Counted from the stretch's first letter, positions 47,267 through 58,299 are shown. The stretch is DNA of 64,000 nucleotides from a bacterium (GCA_030429765.1 JAUIER010000016.1:38017-102016); one strand, 5' to 3'. Notes: generated by a model from the letters alone, not told the origin. Translations and numbers: made by a program.

Positions 47267-49069
47267 ATGAACGAAAAAGAACAAATGAATGTTGTGATCG
47301 TCGGTCATGTGGATCACGGAAAGAGCACGCTGATCGGACGTCTGCTCGCGGATACAGGTTCCCTGCCGGAAGGCAAACTGGATCAGGTCAAGGATATGTG
47401 CAAGCGCAATGCCAAACCATTTGAGTATGCGTTTTTGCTGGATGCCCTGAAGGACGAACAGGCGCAGGGGATCACCATTGATACGGCGCGAAGTTTTTTC
47501 AAATCCGAGAAACGGGATTACATCATTATCGATGCCCCGGGGCATATCGAGTTTCTAAAGAACATGGTCACCGGCGCGGCCCGGGCCGAGGCGGCGATGC
47601 TTGTCATCGATGCCAACGAAGGGATTCAGGAAAATTCTAAACGTCACGGTTACATTATGTCGTTTCTGGGTATCAAGAACGTGACGGTTTGTGTCAACAA
47701 GATGGACCTGGTGGACTATGATGAAAAGACCTTTAACGATATTCATCTTGAGTACACCAAATTCCTCAAGGAAATCAATCTGGTCCCGCAGCACTTTATT
47801 CCGATCAGTGCCCGTGAAGGAGACAATATCGTGCATCTATCGGAGAAGATGCCATGGTACAAGGGGTTATCCATTCTCGAGGCCTTTGATGACTTTAAGA
47901 AAAAAGCACCGAAGAGTGAATTGGATCTGCGCTTTCCGATCCAGGATATTTACAAGTTTACTGAACAGGGAGACGACCGACGAATCTTTGCCGGACGGAT
48001 CGAATCAGGTTCGGTTAAAGTCGGCGATGAAGTGGTGTTCTTGCCGTCGAATAAGCGGTCGCGGGTGAAAAGCATTGAAGGATTTAATCTACCGGAGCAG
48101 ACCGAGGCCTTTGTCGGTCAAAGCACCGGGATCACCCTTGAAACACAGATATATGTGAAGCCAGGAGATATTGTCAGTATCGCCAGTCAACGTCAACCGC
48201 ATGTGAGTTCCAAGCTCAAGGTCAATTTGTTCTGGATGGGCAAACAGCCGTTCATCAAGGGACGTAACTACAAGATTAAATTGGCCTCCCAAAAAGTTCC
48301 GGTAGTTTTGTCGCAGATCAATAGTGTGTTGGATGCGTCGGAGCTTTCATCCATGTCAAACAAGCCGCAGGTTGATCGGCATGACGTGGCCGAGTGTGTG
48401 CTGGAGACACTGAAGCCTTTGGCCTTCGATGAAATCTCCGCGATCTCCGAGACGGGTCGATTTGTGATCGTCGATAACTACGAGATTGCCGGTGGCGGTA
48501 TCATCCTTGCACCTGTCTTTGAAGAGGCCAGTGCCTTAAAAGAACATATTCATGCGCGGGAGCATAACTGGTTGCGTAGTGAGATAAGCAGCTCTCAGCG
48601 TGCGGAAAAGCAAGGTCATAAATCCGCCTTCGTGGTTCTGACCGGCTCAGTGGATTCGGGTAAAATTGATCTGGCCCGTGCGCTTGAGTCCCAATTGTTT
48701 AGTTCGGGGCAGCAGGTGTACTATATGGGATTGTCCAGTGATCTGATGGCGACACAGATCGGTACGGGTGACAGGACACTTAATCGTGTGCGGCATATTT
48801 ATCAGCTGGGAGAGATGGCGCATATGATGACCAATTCCGGGATGATTTTGTTGGCGACGGTATCAGATCTCGATGCCTACGAACTGGATATTCTCAAACA
48901 GCTTAATCGTCCCAACATGACCATTGTTGTAAATGTCGGTGAAAAAATGTTCTCGGATGAACGTATCGATCTTCAGGTTCAGGACCCGAAATCAGGCCCA
49001 GAGAGCGTTCAGGAGATAGTCAAATATCTTACAGACAGCCTGACGCCGGACCCGGAATTCTCGATTTGA
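47267..49069 (+). CDS. cysN: Sulfate adenylyltransferase subunit 1 with degenerate C-terminal APS-kinase domain
   Basis: [27 protein letters not shown]-terminal CysC-like region with [10 protein letters not shown]. Confidence 0.9.
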   Translation: MNEKEQMNVVIVGHVDHGKSTLIGRLLADTGSLPEGKLDQVKDMCKRNAKPFEYAFLLDALKDEQAQGITIDTARSFFKSEKRDYIIIDAPGHIEFLKNMVTGAARAEAAMLVIDANEGIQENSKRHGYIMSFLGIKNVTVCVNKMDLVDYDEKTFNDIHLEYTKFLKEINLVPQHFIPISAREGDNIVHLSEKMPWYKGLSILEAFDDFKKKAPKSELDLRFPIQDIYKFTEQGDDRRIFAGRIESGSVKVGDEVVFLPSNKRSRVKSIEGFNLPEQTEAFVGQSTGITLETQIYVKPGDIVSIASQRQPHVSSKLKVNLFWMGKQPFIKGRNYKIKLASQKVPVVLSQINSVLDASELSSMSNKPQVDRHDVAECVLETLKPLAFDEISAISETGRFVIVDNYEIAGGGIILAPVFEEASALKEHIHAREHNWLRSEISSSQRAEKQGHKSAFVVLTGSVDSGKIDLARALESQLFSSGQQVYYMGLSSDLMATQIGTGDRTLNRVRHIYQLGEMAHMMTNSGMILLATVSDLDAYELDILKQLNRPNMTIVVNVGEKMFSDERIDLQVQDPKSGPESVQEIVKYLTDSLTPDPEFSI

Positions 49070-49134
49070 TCATCTGATTTCTTCGAATGTCGCTTGCCTA
49101 ATAAGTTGCAATAAAACGTATTTTCAAATACCAT

Positions 49135-49191
49135 TTGACATGAAATAGGACGGATGTTAATATCCGGGTAGTCAATAACTAAGTTATATTG
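49135..49191 (+). promoter_or_regulatory. Promoter of the iron-uptake operon with downstream imperfect palindrome
   Basis: TTGACA-17 nt-TAATAT with extended TG. Imperfect dyad CAATAACTAAGTTATATTG at 49173-49191. Confidence 0.5.
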
Positions 49192-49211
49192 CGACGTATT
49201 TAGGTTGATCC

Positions 49212-49385
49212 ATGTCCAAGCAAGAAGAACGCTGCGATTGCGGCAAATTGCTGTTCAAGCTCACCCCGCGAGGGTTAGAATTTAAGTGTAACCGCTGCAA
49301 AGAGATCCATTTGGTTCCCTTGTATCGGATAGACACTGAATTTCGCAATATCTGTCCGGTTATTGACCAGACGCACAAAAAATAA
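49212..49385 (+). CDS. Small Com-family (Mu-like) zinc-ribbon protein, 57 aa, not in the ORF track
   Basis: Translated by hand: MSKQEERCDCGKLLFKLTPRGLEFKCNRCKEIHLVPLYRIDTEFRNICPVIDQTHKK. CxC-GKLL...KCxRC pattern, RBS aggt. Confidence 0.75.
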   Translation: MSKQEERCDCGKLLFKLTPRGLEFKCNRCKEIHLVPLYRIDTEFRNICPVIDQTHKK

Positions 49386-49449
49386 CCGCAGAGACTCGAG
49401 ATCACGAATCCTAAGTCCAAAACAAAGATGTCGAAAGAAAGGAAAGACT

Positions 49450-51747
49450 ATGTCATTTGGACCCAGGGAATTCGTCCCGCCACTCAAATCAACCAGCCAA
49501 ACACTTGTTAAATGCTTGTTTTGTGTCGCCGTTTTATTAGGTGTCACCTGTACCGCCCAATATGCCCAGGCCGAAATCTGGGATGTGGTCACCGTACTCG
49601 GTCAGCGCGAGAGCGAAGGGAATCTTCCCGGATCAGGCGGAAGTGTCAGCGCCGAGGAGATCCGTCAGCATAACTATGATGACGTCAACCGGGCGTTGCG
49701 AAAAATCCCCGGCGTTTATTTACGTGAAGAGGATGGTTTCGGACTTTTCCCTAATATATCGTTGAGAGGTGTGGATACCAATCGCAGCTCCAAGGTGACC
49801 ATTATGGAGGATGGAATTCCGTCCGCCCCAGCTCCATACTCGGCCCCGGAGGCGTACTACTCACCCACCACCGGACGGATGAGCAAAATTGAAATACTCA
49901 AAGGGTCCAGTCAGGTCAAATACGGACCGCATACCACCGGCGGCGTTGTTAATTATGTTTCCACGCCGATTCCTGATCAGCGTGAGTTTTATCTCAAAAC
50001 CATCGGGGGGAATCACGGCGAGTTACGGACGCATGGGTATTACGGTGACGTGATCGATACGGAGTTTGGTCGGTTTGGAATTCTGCTAGAAGAATACTTT
50101 CGCTCGAACAACGGATTTAAAGATTTGGATTCAACCGCTGAAAATGACGGAGATAGCACGGGATTTCAGAAATCCGAACCTATGCTCAAATTGTCGTGGG
50201 AATCTCCCGAGGAGGCCGAGACGTATCAGCGTCTCGAGGCCAAGTTTGGCTATAGCGATATCGACGCCGATGAGAGCTACTTGGGATTGACCGAGGCCGA
50301 TTTTGATGCCAATCCGTTCCGTCGATACGCGGCAACACGCTTTGACAACCTTCAAACGGAAAACGTCCGTACATCTTTGAACTACTTCCGTGAGATCGGA
50401 GAACAAATCAGCTTGAGCCTGACGGGGTATTACACCGAGTTTCACCGTGATTGGGCCAAGCTGCACAATATCGGGGGAGGATCCGAGTCTAATTTGTCCG
50501 AAGCCATTGCGGCCGGTGGGACATCACTTTCAATCCTAAAAGGTGAAGCGGCCGGCACCCTAAATGTCCGTCATAACAAGCGGGACTACGAGACCTATGG
50601 ATTTAAAACGGCGACCAACATTGATTTTCAGCTAGGTGAGACAGATCACGAACTGGAAATCGGATGGGGGATTCACTACGACTATATCCGACGAAAACAA
50701 AATACGGATATTTATACGCAGGACGCCAATGGAAATATCACGGGTGTCACGTCAACCGCACCCGGGACAGCGGGTAATCGCCGTCAGGACAGCGACAGTT
50801 TTTTTGCCTATGTCAAAGACAGCTTTGACGTCGGACCGTTTACGTTTACGCCGGGGTTCCGCTACGAAAAGGTTAATTACGAATTCATTGATTTTGATAC
50901 GTCCGGGGCGAATCCGGATATGATCACTCAACGGGCATCGTCGGATATTTCGGCCCATGCCGGCGGTTTGGGGGTAAACTATGAATTTGACGAACAAACA
51001 TCATTCTTCGGCGGAATTCACCAGGGCTATTCGGTTCCGGGACCGCGTGACAACGCGCGCAGCGGACTGACAGAGGAGACCAGTCTTACCAAAGAAGTCG
51101 GTGTACGCTACCGTTCGGGCAATCAGGCGTTTCAGACCGAGCTGTCGTATTTTCACACGAGCTTTGATGATCTGCTCGTCGTCGATAACATCGGCGGGGC
51201 GGGTACGGGCGACAGTGAGAATGTCGGAGAGGCCATCAGTCAGGGGATTGAGTTTAAGGCGCAATACGATGTCGGGATCGCCAAGCAAAAGGATTATAAG
51301 AATCCGTTCTATGTGGCCTTTACTTTCACCAACGCGGAATTGGACGGCGATTCAAATTCAACGGATGCCGAATCGATCTTTGCCGGCGGCAAGGATGGCA
51401 ACAAGATACCATATGTTCCCGAGTTTCAATTCAGTGTGGGGACCGGCATCGAAACGGATCGATGGGGCGTTTTTGTCGACGGAATATATGTGGATGAAAC
51501 ATTTTCAACCGCCAGTAATACTTCATCACAAATCCGGCCGGATGGAACGCCGGACGCGCGGTTTGGAAAGACCGATGATTATTTCATTATTGATCTGTCG
51601 GGATACTATAAGATTAACGAAAATACCAAGCTATTGGCCAGCATTCATAATCTGACGGACCGGGAATATGTTGTATCACGGCATCCGCATGGGCCACGGC
51701 CGGGAAAGCCGTTTACGGTGACAGGCGGTATTGAAGTTAAGTTCTAA
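49450..51747 (+). CDS. TonB-dependent receptor (FecA-like iron family)
   Basis: Plug motifs LRKIPGV..EEDGFG, ISLRG, IEILKG..YGP..GGVVN. C-terminal GIEVKF. Start chosen from the RBS. Confidence 0.92.
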   Translation: MSFGPREFVPPLKSTSQTLVKCLFCVAVLLGVTCTAQYAQAEIWDVVTVLGQRESEGNLPGSGGSVSAEEIRQHNYDDVNRALRKIPGVYLREEDGFGLFPNISLRGVDTNRSSKVTIMEDGIPSAPAPYSAPEAYYSPTTGRMSKIEILKGSSQVKYGPHTTGGVVNYVSTPIPDQREFYLKTIGGNHGELRTHGYYGDVIDTEFGRFGILLEEYFRSNNGFKDLDSTAENDGDSTGFQKSEPMLKLSWESPEEAETYQRLEAKFGYSDIDADESYLGLTEADFDANPFRRYAATRFDNLQTENVRTSLNYFREIGEQISLSLTGYYTEFHRDWAKLHNIGGGSESNLSEAIAAGGTSLSILKGEAAGTLNVRHNKRDYETYGFKTATNIDFQLGETDHELEIGWGIHYDYIRRKQNTDIYTQDANGNITGVTSTAPGTAGNRRQDSDSFFAYVKDSFDVGPFTFTPGFRYEKVNYEFIDFDTSGANPDMITQRASSDISAHAGGLGVNYEFDEQTSFFGGIHQGYSVPGPRDNARSGLTEETSLTKEVGVRYRSGNQAFQTELSYFHTSFDDLLVVDNIGGAGTGDSENVGEAISQGIEFKAQYDVGIAKQKDYKNPFYVAFTFTNAELDGDSNSTDAESIFAGGKDGNKIPYVPEFQFSVGTGIETDRWGVFVDGIYVDETFSTASNTSSQIRPDGTPDARFGKTDDYFIIDLSGYYKINENTKLLASIHNLTDREYVVSRHPHGPRPGKPFTVTGGIEVKF

Positions 51748-51760
51748 GGGGAAATTGTAG

Positions 51761-52441
51761 ATGTTGTGGGATCATAGTGTAATTGAATTATTCCAAAAGG
51801 CCGGGCTGACAAGGTGGCCGTTGTTTATCTGCTCGATTGTCGGTCTGGCCATCATTCTGGAACGGGGGTTTTACTTTTTCCGATTGCGTTTTAATTATGC
51901 CAAGTTCAGTCGGGATTTGTTTATTCTGCTGCGGGCGGATCAGCTGATGAAGGGTATCCACTTTTGTCAGGAAAATTCCTCCAATCCTGTGCCGTATATT
52001 GCGGGGACATATCTGCGCAATGTCAAAAACAAGAAACGTGACAGCATTTTGACACGGGAAGGTTCCAATATCATGGAGAAAGTCGAAGCGCGTCTGCGTG
52101 GGCTGGCGACGATTACGCATGTGGCCCCGTTACTGGGTTTGTTGGGGACGGTCGCCGGTCTGGTCGGGGCCTTTCACGAGATCGAATTAACCGCCGGACA
52201 GGTCCAGGCGCAGAATTTGGCCGGGGGGATTTGGGAAGCGCTATTGAGCACGGTCTTCGGATTGATCGTCGCCATTCCTTGTATGGTGGCGTATCATGGC
52301 TTCGAAAGTCAGGCGGACCGGATTGCCCGGCGGCTACAATCAGTGGTGACAGAGCTGGATGAATTCTACGGGAACAAATCTCATCATGAATTCCGTGATG
52401 AGTCCGTCGATGATAACGATCTCAAAAACACAACGGAATAG
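51761..52441 (+). CDS. exbB: ExbB/MotA/TolQ proton channel
   Basis: APLLGLLGTV, GIWEALLSTVFGLIVAIP. Confidence 0.9.
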   Translation: MLWDHSVIELFQKAGLTRWPLFICSIVGLAIILERGFYFFRLRFNYAKFSRDLFILLRADQLMKGIHFCQENSSNPVPYIAGTYLRNVKNKKRDSILTREGSNIMEKVEARLRGLATITHVAPLLGLLGTVAGLVGAFHEIELTAGQVQAQNLAGGIWEALLSTVFGLIVAIPCMVAYHGFESQADRIARRLQSVVTELDEFYGNKSHHEFRDESVDDNDLKNTTE

Positions 52442-52443
52442 GT

Positions 52444-52842
52444 ATGCAATTAGTCCGGGCTAAAAAGCAAAAGTTGAGTATGGATCTGGCGCCATTGATT
52501 GATGTCGTATTTCAGCTGTTGGTATTTTTTATGCTGACGTCGACATTCGCGAATCCGGCGATCAAGATGGTGCTGCCCAAGGCCGTCTCGGCCGACCAAA
52601 ATGACCGGCAGCTGATTGTGGTCAGCGTCGATGAGGATCTCAAGGTTTATATTGATGATCAGCCGGTGGAACTGGATGCGTTTCAGTCCCGTTTGTCACA
52701 GGTCTTGAAAGACAAAGAGAAGAAGTCGATCCATATTCGCGGGCATAAGGACATGCCGTACGAACGCTTTGTCCGGCTGATGGATCTGTCGCGCCAGGCA
52801 GGCGCTACGCAGGTGAATATTTTGCATCAAAAGGGAGAATAG
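52444..52842 (+). CDS. exbD: ExbD/TolR
   Basis: PLIDVVFQLLVFFM. Confidence 0.92.
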   Translation: MQLVRAKKQKLSMDLAPLIDVVFQLLVFFMLTSTFANPAIKMVLPKAVSADQNDRQLIVVSVDEDLKVYIDDQPVELDAFQSRLSQVLKDKEKKSIHIRGHKDMPYERFVRLMDLSRQAGATQVNILHQKGE

Positions 52843-52845
52843 CTC

Positions 52846-53646
52846 GTGGCTGCCCGACAATCTTATGCGTCAACCAGATTGACCCCATACTTACTCGCGT
52901 CTTTGAGTATTCACTTGGCCGGGTTTGGGATCAGCGCGCTGAGGCCCACCTCACCGCAGTACAATGTGACACCGGCGCCCCCGCCGAGCATCGCGGTATC
53001 GCTGGTCGAAGAAGTGCCCGCGCCTGTCATTGAGCCGGTGGTGGAACCGATAGTCGAACCCGAGCCGGTGACGAAGGCAATTGAGGCCGTCGATGTCACC
53101 GAGGATGTGGTGGAGCCGATGGAATTATCACCCATGGCGATTGATCATCCACAGATTGATGCCCCTCAGGTCAAGGTCTTCAAGAAATTTATTCCCAAAC
53201 TCAAACCTAAACCCGAGGTCGTAAAGAAGAAGCGTCCGACACCGACCATCAAAAAGCCGCTTAAGACTCCCGTACCGGAGAAAAAGATTCAACCCAAAAA
53301 AAATATAACCCGGGTTCAGTCATCGGCACAGATGGCGGCAGCGGATTCCGAGAGCGGGGCCAAATCTGAACCCAAGCCGATTAAGCGGGTGAATCCGCGG
53401 CCCAAGTATCCAAAGCGGGCGATTCGACGGGGATGGGAAGGTACAGTGACCCTGCGGGTCCGTGTCAGCCGAGCCGGTGATCCGCTGGACATTCAGATTG
53501 AGGAGAGTTCCGGTCGGAAGATCCTCGACGACGCGGCGGTGTCGACCGTCAAACAATGGAAGTTTGAGCCGGCGAGGGCCGGACGCATGACATTTGAGAG
53601 TTGGGCGACGATTCCTGTTGAATTCAGGCTGACGGACGCCCGATAA
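52846..53646 (+). CDS. tonB: Energy transducer TonB
   Basis: TM with SLSIH, Pro/Lys-rich linker, PKYP..A...EGTV, SSG..LD.AA, WKFEP. Confidence 0.92.
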   Translation: MAARQSYASTRLTPYLLASLSIHLAGFGISALRPTSPQYNVTPAPPPSIAVSLVEEVPAPVIEPVVEPIVEPEPVTKAIEAVDVTEDVVEPMELSPMAIDHPQIDAPQVKVFKKFIPKLKPKPEVVKKKRPTPTIKKPLKTPVPEKKIQPKKNITRVQSSAQMAAADSESGAKSEPKPIKRVNPRPKYPKRAIRRGWEGTVTLRVRVSRAGDPLDIQIEESSGRKILDDAAVSTVKQWKFEPARAGRMTFESWATIPVEFRLTDAR

Positions 53647-53669
53647 ACGATTAGTCAAAGGAGACCCAA

Positions 53670-54701
53670 GTGAAACATCTTATTATCACATGCTTGATTT
53701 TAGCGACATATACGTCGACAGCGGTAGCTGATTTGACCGTTTTTTCCGGTCGCAAGGAGCCATTAATAAAACCGGTGATCGAGGCCTTTACCGCAGAGAC
53801 GGGAATCGAGGTTCGGCTCAAAACAGGTAAGTCGACCGCTCTCGGGCAGCAGATTTTGCAGGAACAGCCGCGGCCAACGGCAGACATCTATATAGCCAAA
53901 GAGTCAGGGTCACTGGAATATCTGCGCGGAAAGGGCGCATTTGAAACATATGAATCCCGTGAGACCAAACGTATTCCCGAACGATTCAAAGCGCGAGATG
54001 GATCATGGATCGGCGTTTCGGGTCGATCGCGGGCGCTGATTTACAACAAGGATCTCATCGACGCGTCCGATCTGCCGCAATCAATTGAGGAGCTGTCGGA
54101 CCGGAAATATCGGGGTCAGATTGCAGCGGTCAATGCAGGCAATGAGTCGTTTATCGCATGGATCAGCGGATTGCGACTGCACATGGGCGACGAAGCTGTG
54201 GCTGCGTGGTTGAAGGCCATGAAGAAAAACAAAATCCAGCTGTTGTCATCCAGTCATACCGATATCCGAAAGGCGGTGGGACGGGCCGAATATCCGATGG
54301 GACTGATCAATCACTACTATTATCACCTGCAGAAGCGTGAGGCCGATGAGGAACTGACGAATGTGGGTGTGGTGTATCTTGATCAAAAGGATGACCAGCG
54401 CGGTGAGTTGGTGAATGTATCCGGTGCGGCGATTGTAAAGGGCACGGCCAATATGACGCAGGCACGGCAGTTCATAGATTTCCTGGCATCGCCCAAGGCG
54501 CAGGACTTGTTTGCCAATGCGAATTTTGAGTTTCCGCTGATCGCGGATGTCGAGGTCAATCCGGAAGTGGTGGCGGCGATGGGCTGTGAACCCGGTACGC
54601 CAGCGCTGGACTGTCTGCATGTGATGGATGTTCATCTGGATGAGTTTGGATCCCAGATGAAGACAACCCTGGAAATTCTCGACGAGGTGGACTGGTACTA
54701 A
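53670..54701 (+). CDS. Fe(III) ABC transporter substrate-binding protein (FbpA/FutA-like)
   Basis: Signal peptide, FSGRKE, INHYY tyrosine pair, N.EFP. Confidence 0.88.
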   Translation: MKHLIITCLILATYTSTAVADLTVFSGRKEPLIKPVIEAFTAETGIEVRLKTGKSTALGQQILQEQPRPTADIYIAKESGSLEYLRGKGAFETYESRETKRIPERFKARDGSWIGVSGRSRALIYNKDLIDASDLPQSIEELSDRKYRGQIAAVNAGNESFIAWISGLRLHMGDEAVAAWLKAMKKNKIQLLSSSHTDIRKAVGRAEYPMGLINHYYYHLQKREADEELTNVGVVYLDQKDDQRGELVNVSGAAIVKGTANMTQARQFIDFLASPKAQDLFANANFEFPLIADVEVNPEVVAAMGCEPGTPALDCLHVMDVHLDEFGSQMKTTLEILDEVDWY

Positions 54702-54702
54702 T

Positions 54703-56295
54703 ATGCGGATGAGTTTGAGACGATTGCCGGCGGTATTAACAGCCCTACTGATGGTTGTACCTGTTGTCGCGACGCTGATTTATGCGGCGTCGGTTGATGC
54801 GTCTATCTGGATACGGCTGTGGGAAAACCGGATCCCGCGGCTGTTCTTTACCTCAATGCTGCTCGTCGCGGCCGTGACCGTTGGTTCGATTGTGCTGGGA
54901 ACGCTTTTGGCCTTTCTCGTCGAGCGGACAAATCTGCCGGGACGAAAGATATTTCGTCCGCTGCTGATCGCGCCCTTGGTGACACCGTGCTTTATCATCG
55001 CCATCACATACGTTAATTTTTTTGGCATCCGGGGTGTCGGTCAAAAGATGTTCGGAGCTATGGGGATCAATTGTAATTTACCGAATATCTACGGATTTTG
55101 GGGTGCGGTCGGGATCTTTGTTCTTGGGACGTTTCCCTACGTCTACACAATTGTACTGGCTTCTTTGAGCCGGCTGGATCCAAGCCTGTCCGAGGCGGCG
55201 CGCTGTTTGGGGGCGTCTCGACGGGAACGAATGTGGCGGGTGTCACTGCCGCTATTACTGCCGGCGATCAGCGCGGGATCGATTCTTGTGGCGTTGTATG
55301 TATTTTCAGATTTTGGCGTGGTGAGTATCCTTCGATACTCGACATTCGTGAATATGATCTATGAACAGATCAGCGGGCGGTATGATTTTGCCGTGGCCTC
55401 ATCGCTGAGTACCGTCCTCATGGGGATCACTTTTATATTGGTGTTCTTTCAGGACTTGCTGACCAAGAAACGGCAGTTCAGCAATACCAAAAATAAACGA
55501 TACAATCTACCACGCTTGGATCTCAAGTGGGCCCGTCTACCGGCGTTTGTATTTGTGTTCGCGGTTTTGGGGTTCGCCTTGATCCTTCCCGTTGGCGTAC
55601 TGCTGTACTGGTTTGTTCAGTCGTTGGGAGTGGATAGTGTCTGGGGTTCCAACGCGCGGGAATTGTTCCGTTCAGGATTCAATAGTCTTTTGATTTCATC
55701 GCTGGCCGCCACCGCCGCCGTGTTACTGGCCTTACCGCTGGCCTACTGGAATGTCAGGGATCGTAACAGCCGTTGGGGAAAGATCTGCGCGGGAGCATCC
55801 CAACTCGGAGTCGCGTTGCCCGGTGTCCTGATTGCCCTGGCGTTATCGCTGGTTTTGGGTCAATTTTTTCCGCGGCTCAATTTCAGTGTGACGGCCCTGT
55901 TTCTGGCCTTTGTGATTCACTTTTTTGCCAAGGCTTATCAGATGACACGCGCCGGATTGATTCAGCTGTCGCCGCGCGTTGAAGAAGGTGCCCGGATGCT
56001 GGGATGCAGTCCGGTGCAGACGTTTTGGCTGATCACCCGTCCATTGTTGACCCCGGCCTTAATGGTCGCCTGGATATTTGTCTTTTTAAGTTCGATGCGT
56101 GAGCTGGCGGCATCATTGTTATTGCGTCCCGCCGGATTTGATCCGCTCACGGTTAAGGTCTGGATCGCGGCCAGTGAGGGATTTTATGAACAAGCGGCTG
56201 CCCCGGCCCTGCTAATTGTGATATTATCATTACCGATGGTGATGATCATGGCACGGCATCAGGGTCAGTATCAATCGTCACTGGAGTCTACATAG
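54703..56295 (+). CDS. Fe(III) ABC transporter permease (FbpB-like)
   Basis: Two EAA loops (EAARCLG, EGARMLG), SDFG, MREL. Confidence 0.9.
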   Translation: MRMSLRRLPAVLTALLMVVPVVATLIYAASVDASIWIRLWENRIPRLFFTSMLLVAAVTVGSIVLGTLLAFLVERTNLPGRKIFRPLLIAPLVTPCFIIAITYVNFFGIRGVGQKMFGAMGINCNLPNIYGFWGAVGIFVLGTFPYVYTIVLASLSRLDPSLSEAARCLGASRRERMWRVSLPLLLPAISAGSILVALYVFSDFGVVSILRYSTFVNMIYEQISGRYDFAVASSLSTVLMGITFILVFFQDLLTKKRQFSNTKNKRYNLPRLDLKWARLPAFVFVFAVLGFALILPVGVLLYWFVQSLGVDSVWGSNARELFRSGFNSLLISSLAATAAVLLALPLAYWNVRDRNSRWGKICAGASQLGVALPGVLIALALSLVLGQFFPRLNFSVTALFLAFVIHFFAKAYQMTRAGLIQLSPRVEEGARMLGCSPVQTFWLITRPLLTPALMVAWIFVFLSSMRELAASLLLRPAGFDPLTVKVWIAASEGFYEQAAAPALLIVILSLPMVMIMARHQGQYQSSLEST

Positions 56296-56297
56296 CG

Positions 56298-57389
56298 ATG
56301 GTAACCACAATTCAATCAAAAAAGTCACAGACGGATGATCAATCACCGCGCGAGATTGTCCGTTTTGAGAAGATCCAGTACGCGTACCGGTCCGGTAAGA
56401 AACAATTTCAGCTCGGACCGATGACGCTGGGGCTGCAGTCGCATGAGTTGATGGCGATTTTGGGACCAAGTGGATCAGGGAAGACGACCTTTTTACGGTT
56501 GATTGCCGGATTGGCCATGCCGTCGACGGGGACAATTGAACTCGATGAACGTGTCGTGTTTGATCCCAGTACTCGGGTTAGAGCCGAGCACCGGAATGTC
56601 GGGATGATGTTTCAGGACCACGCGCTGTTCCCGCATATGACCGTTCGCAAGAATATAGTCTTCGGGATTCGACAGTGGCAAAAGGACGACCGCGAACGAA
56701 GGTTATATGAGCTTGAGGACATGTTGGGTCTGCGCGATTATCTCGACCGTTATCCGCATGAGTTGTCCGGTGGTCAGCAGCAACGTGTCGCTCTGGCGCG
56801 CACGCTCGCGCCGAAACCGAGTGTGGTGTTGCTCGATGAACCACTGAGCAGCATTGACGCTGATCTTCGGTCGAGTCTGGCCCAGGAGCTGCGTGATGTT
56901 CTCAAACAGGCCGGTACCACAGCCATTTGGGTTACACATGATCAAACCGAAGCGCTGGACCTGGCGGATCGCATCATCGTGTTGAATGAGGGCAAAGTGG
57001 AACAGGTGGATTCACCGTGGGAGCTGTACAATAATCCCAAGACACGTTTTGTGGCCTCGTTTATCGGGCATGCTGTCTTTTTGCCAGGCCGGCTTAAAGG
57101 TCAAACTATCCTGACCGAAGTCGGCACACTGAATTATCTGCCGTGTCTGCAGGACTTCGAGGACCTGGAGGTGATGATCCGGCCGGACGATGTCAAGGCT
57201 ACACCACATGACGCCGGAATCGGGACCATTTGCAAGCGTCAATTTTGGGGATCAATGCAGTTGTATACCATCAATCTGCCTTCCGGACAGCGGCTCTTGT
57301 CCACGCAACCGGCGCATATCAACTGGCCTTTAGGAACGCAAGTTCGTATCACACTTGATCTTAAGAGTATCGTTGCCTTTCCGACATAA
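56298..57389 (+). CDS. Fe(III) ABC transporter ATPase (FbpC-like)
   Basis: GPSGSGKT, LSGGQQQR, LLDEP, TOBE-like C-terminus. Confidence 0.92.
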   Translation: MVTTIQSKKSQTDDQSPREIVRFEKIQYAYRSGKKQFQLGPMTLGLQSHELMAILGPSGSGKTTFLRLIAGLAMPSTGTIELDERVVFDPSTRVRAEHRNVGMMFQDHALFPHMTVRKNIVFGIRQWQKDDRERRLYELEDMLGLRDYLDRYPHELSGGQQQRVALARTLAPKPSVVLLDEPLSSIDADLRSSLAQELRDVLKQAGTTAIWVTHDQTEALDLADRIIVLNEGKVEQVDSPWELYNNPKTRFVASFIGHAVFLPGRLKGQTILTEVGTLNYLPCLQDFEDLEVMIRPDDVKATPHDAGIGTICKRQFWGSMQLYTINLPSGQRLLSTQPAHINWPLGTQVRITLDLKSIVAFPT

Positions 57390-57510
57390 TCTTTGTTTTT
57401 CCCGCCTGTCGATGTGGACAACTATTTGCCGTCCCTACGAAAATATGATAGTGTAATACCATTATTAGTACATATTTACTCTAAGTCTTACCCGAAATAC
57501 TACCGAATAC

Positions 57511-58266
57511 ATGAAAATTTTACTGACAAATGACGATGGCATTTATGCCCCGGGCATTCATGCCGTCTATCTTGAGCTCAAGAAATTGGGTGAGGTGATT
57601 GTTGTGGCCCCGGACTCTGAGCGGAGTTCTGTCGGACACGGGATCACACTGGCGCATCCCATCCGGCAAAAACCGGTCAATCGCAAGGGCGAGTACTTCG
57701 GCATCGGCGTTAGCGGGATGCCGGCGGACTGCGTGAAGTTTGCCGTTGATGTAATCTTTAAAGGTGAGAAGCCGGATATGCTCGTGTCGGGTATTAATCT
57801 CGGGCCGAATGAGGGGTGCAGTGTCTTTTATTCGGGCACGGTGGCCGGCGCGCGTGAGGGGGCACTCATGGGAATCCCGTCGATTGCCATTTCACTCGAT
57901 ACATTCACGGATCCTGATTTTAGCTTTGCCGCCCGGTGCGGTCGGCGGGTCGCCGAGTTTTTAACCAAACACCCCGTCCCGACGAGCACGTTTCTAAATG
58001 TCAATGTTCCGCATTGCCCTGAATCAGAAATCCAGGGCATTCGATTCACCAAGCAATGCCTTGAACCGATCCATGGAACATTTGTGCAATGCAAGGACCC
58101 CAATGCCAAGGACTATTACTGGCTGACCGGTAAATTGCCGGTGGCCAATGACGACAACACTATCGATACCTACGCCATGCATAACCGTTATGTGACCATC
58201 ACACCGACGCATTGTGACTCGACCGACTACGACGTTTACAAGACCTTTGAAACATTCGAATTTTAA
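57511..58266 (+). CDS. surE: 5'/3'-nucleotidase SurE
   Basis: ILLTNDDG, VAP, SGIN.G.N, YSGTVAGA.EG. Confidence 0.96.
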   Translation: MKILLTNDDGIYAPGIHAVYLELKKLGEVIVVAPDSERSSVGHGITLAHPIRQKPVNRKGEYFGIGVSGMPADCVKFAVDVIFKGEKPDMLVSGINLGPNEGCSVFYSGTVAGAREGALMGIPSIAISLDTFTDPDFSFAARCGRRVAEFLTKHPVPTSTFLNVNVPHCPESEIQGIRFTKQCLEPIHGTFVQCKDPNAKDYYWLTGKLPVANDDNTIDTYAMHNRYVTITPTHCDSTDYDVYKTFETFEF

Positions 58267-58299
58267 CGCTCTATCAGGTTCTGCACCTAAAGACGACAG

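Noticed and set aside
49100-49130. Possible Fur box upstream of the iron operon
   Set aside because: Only a weak AT-rich resemblance to the consensus.
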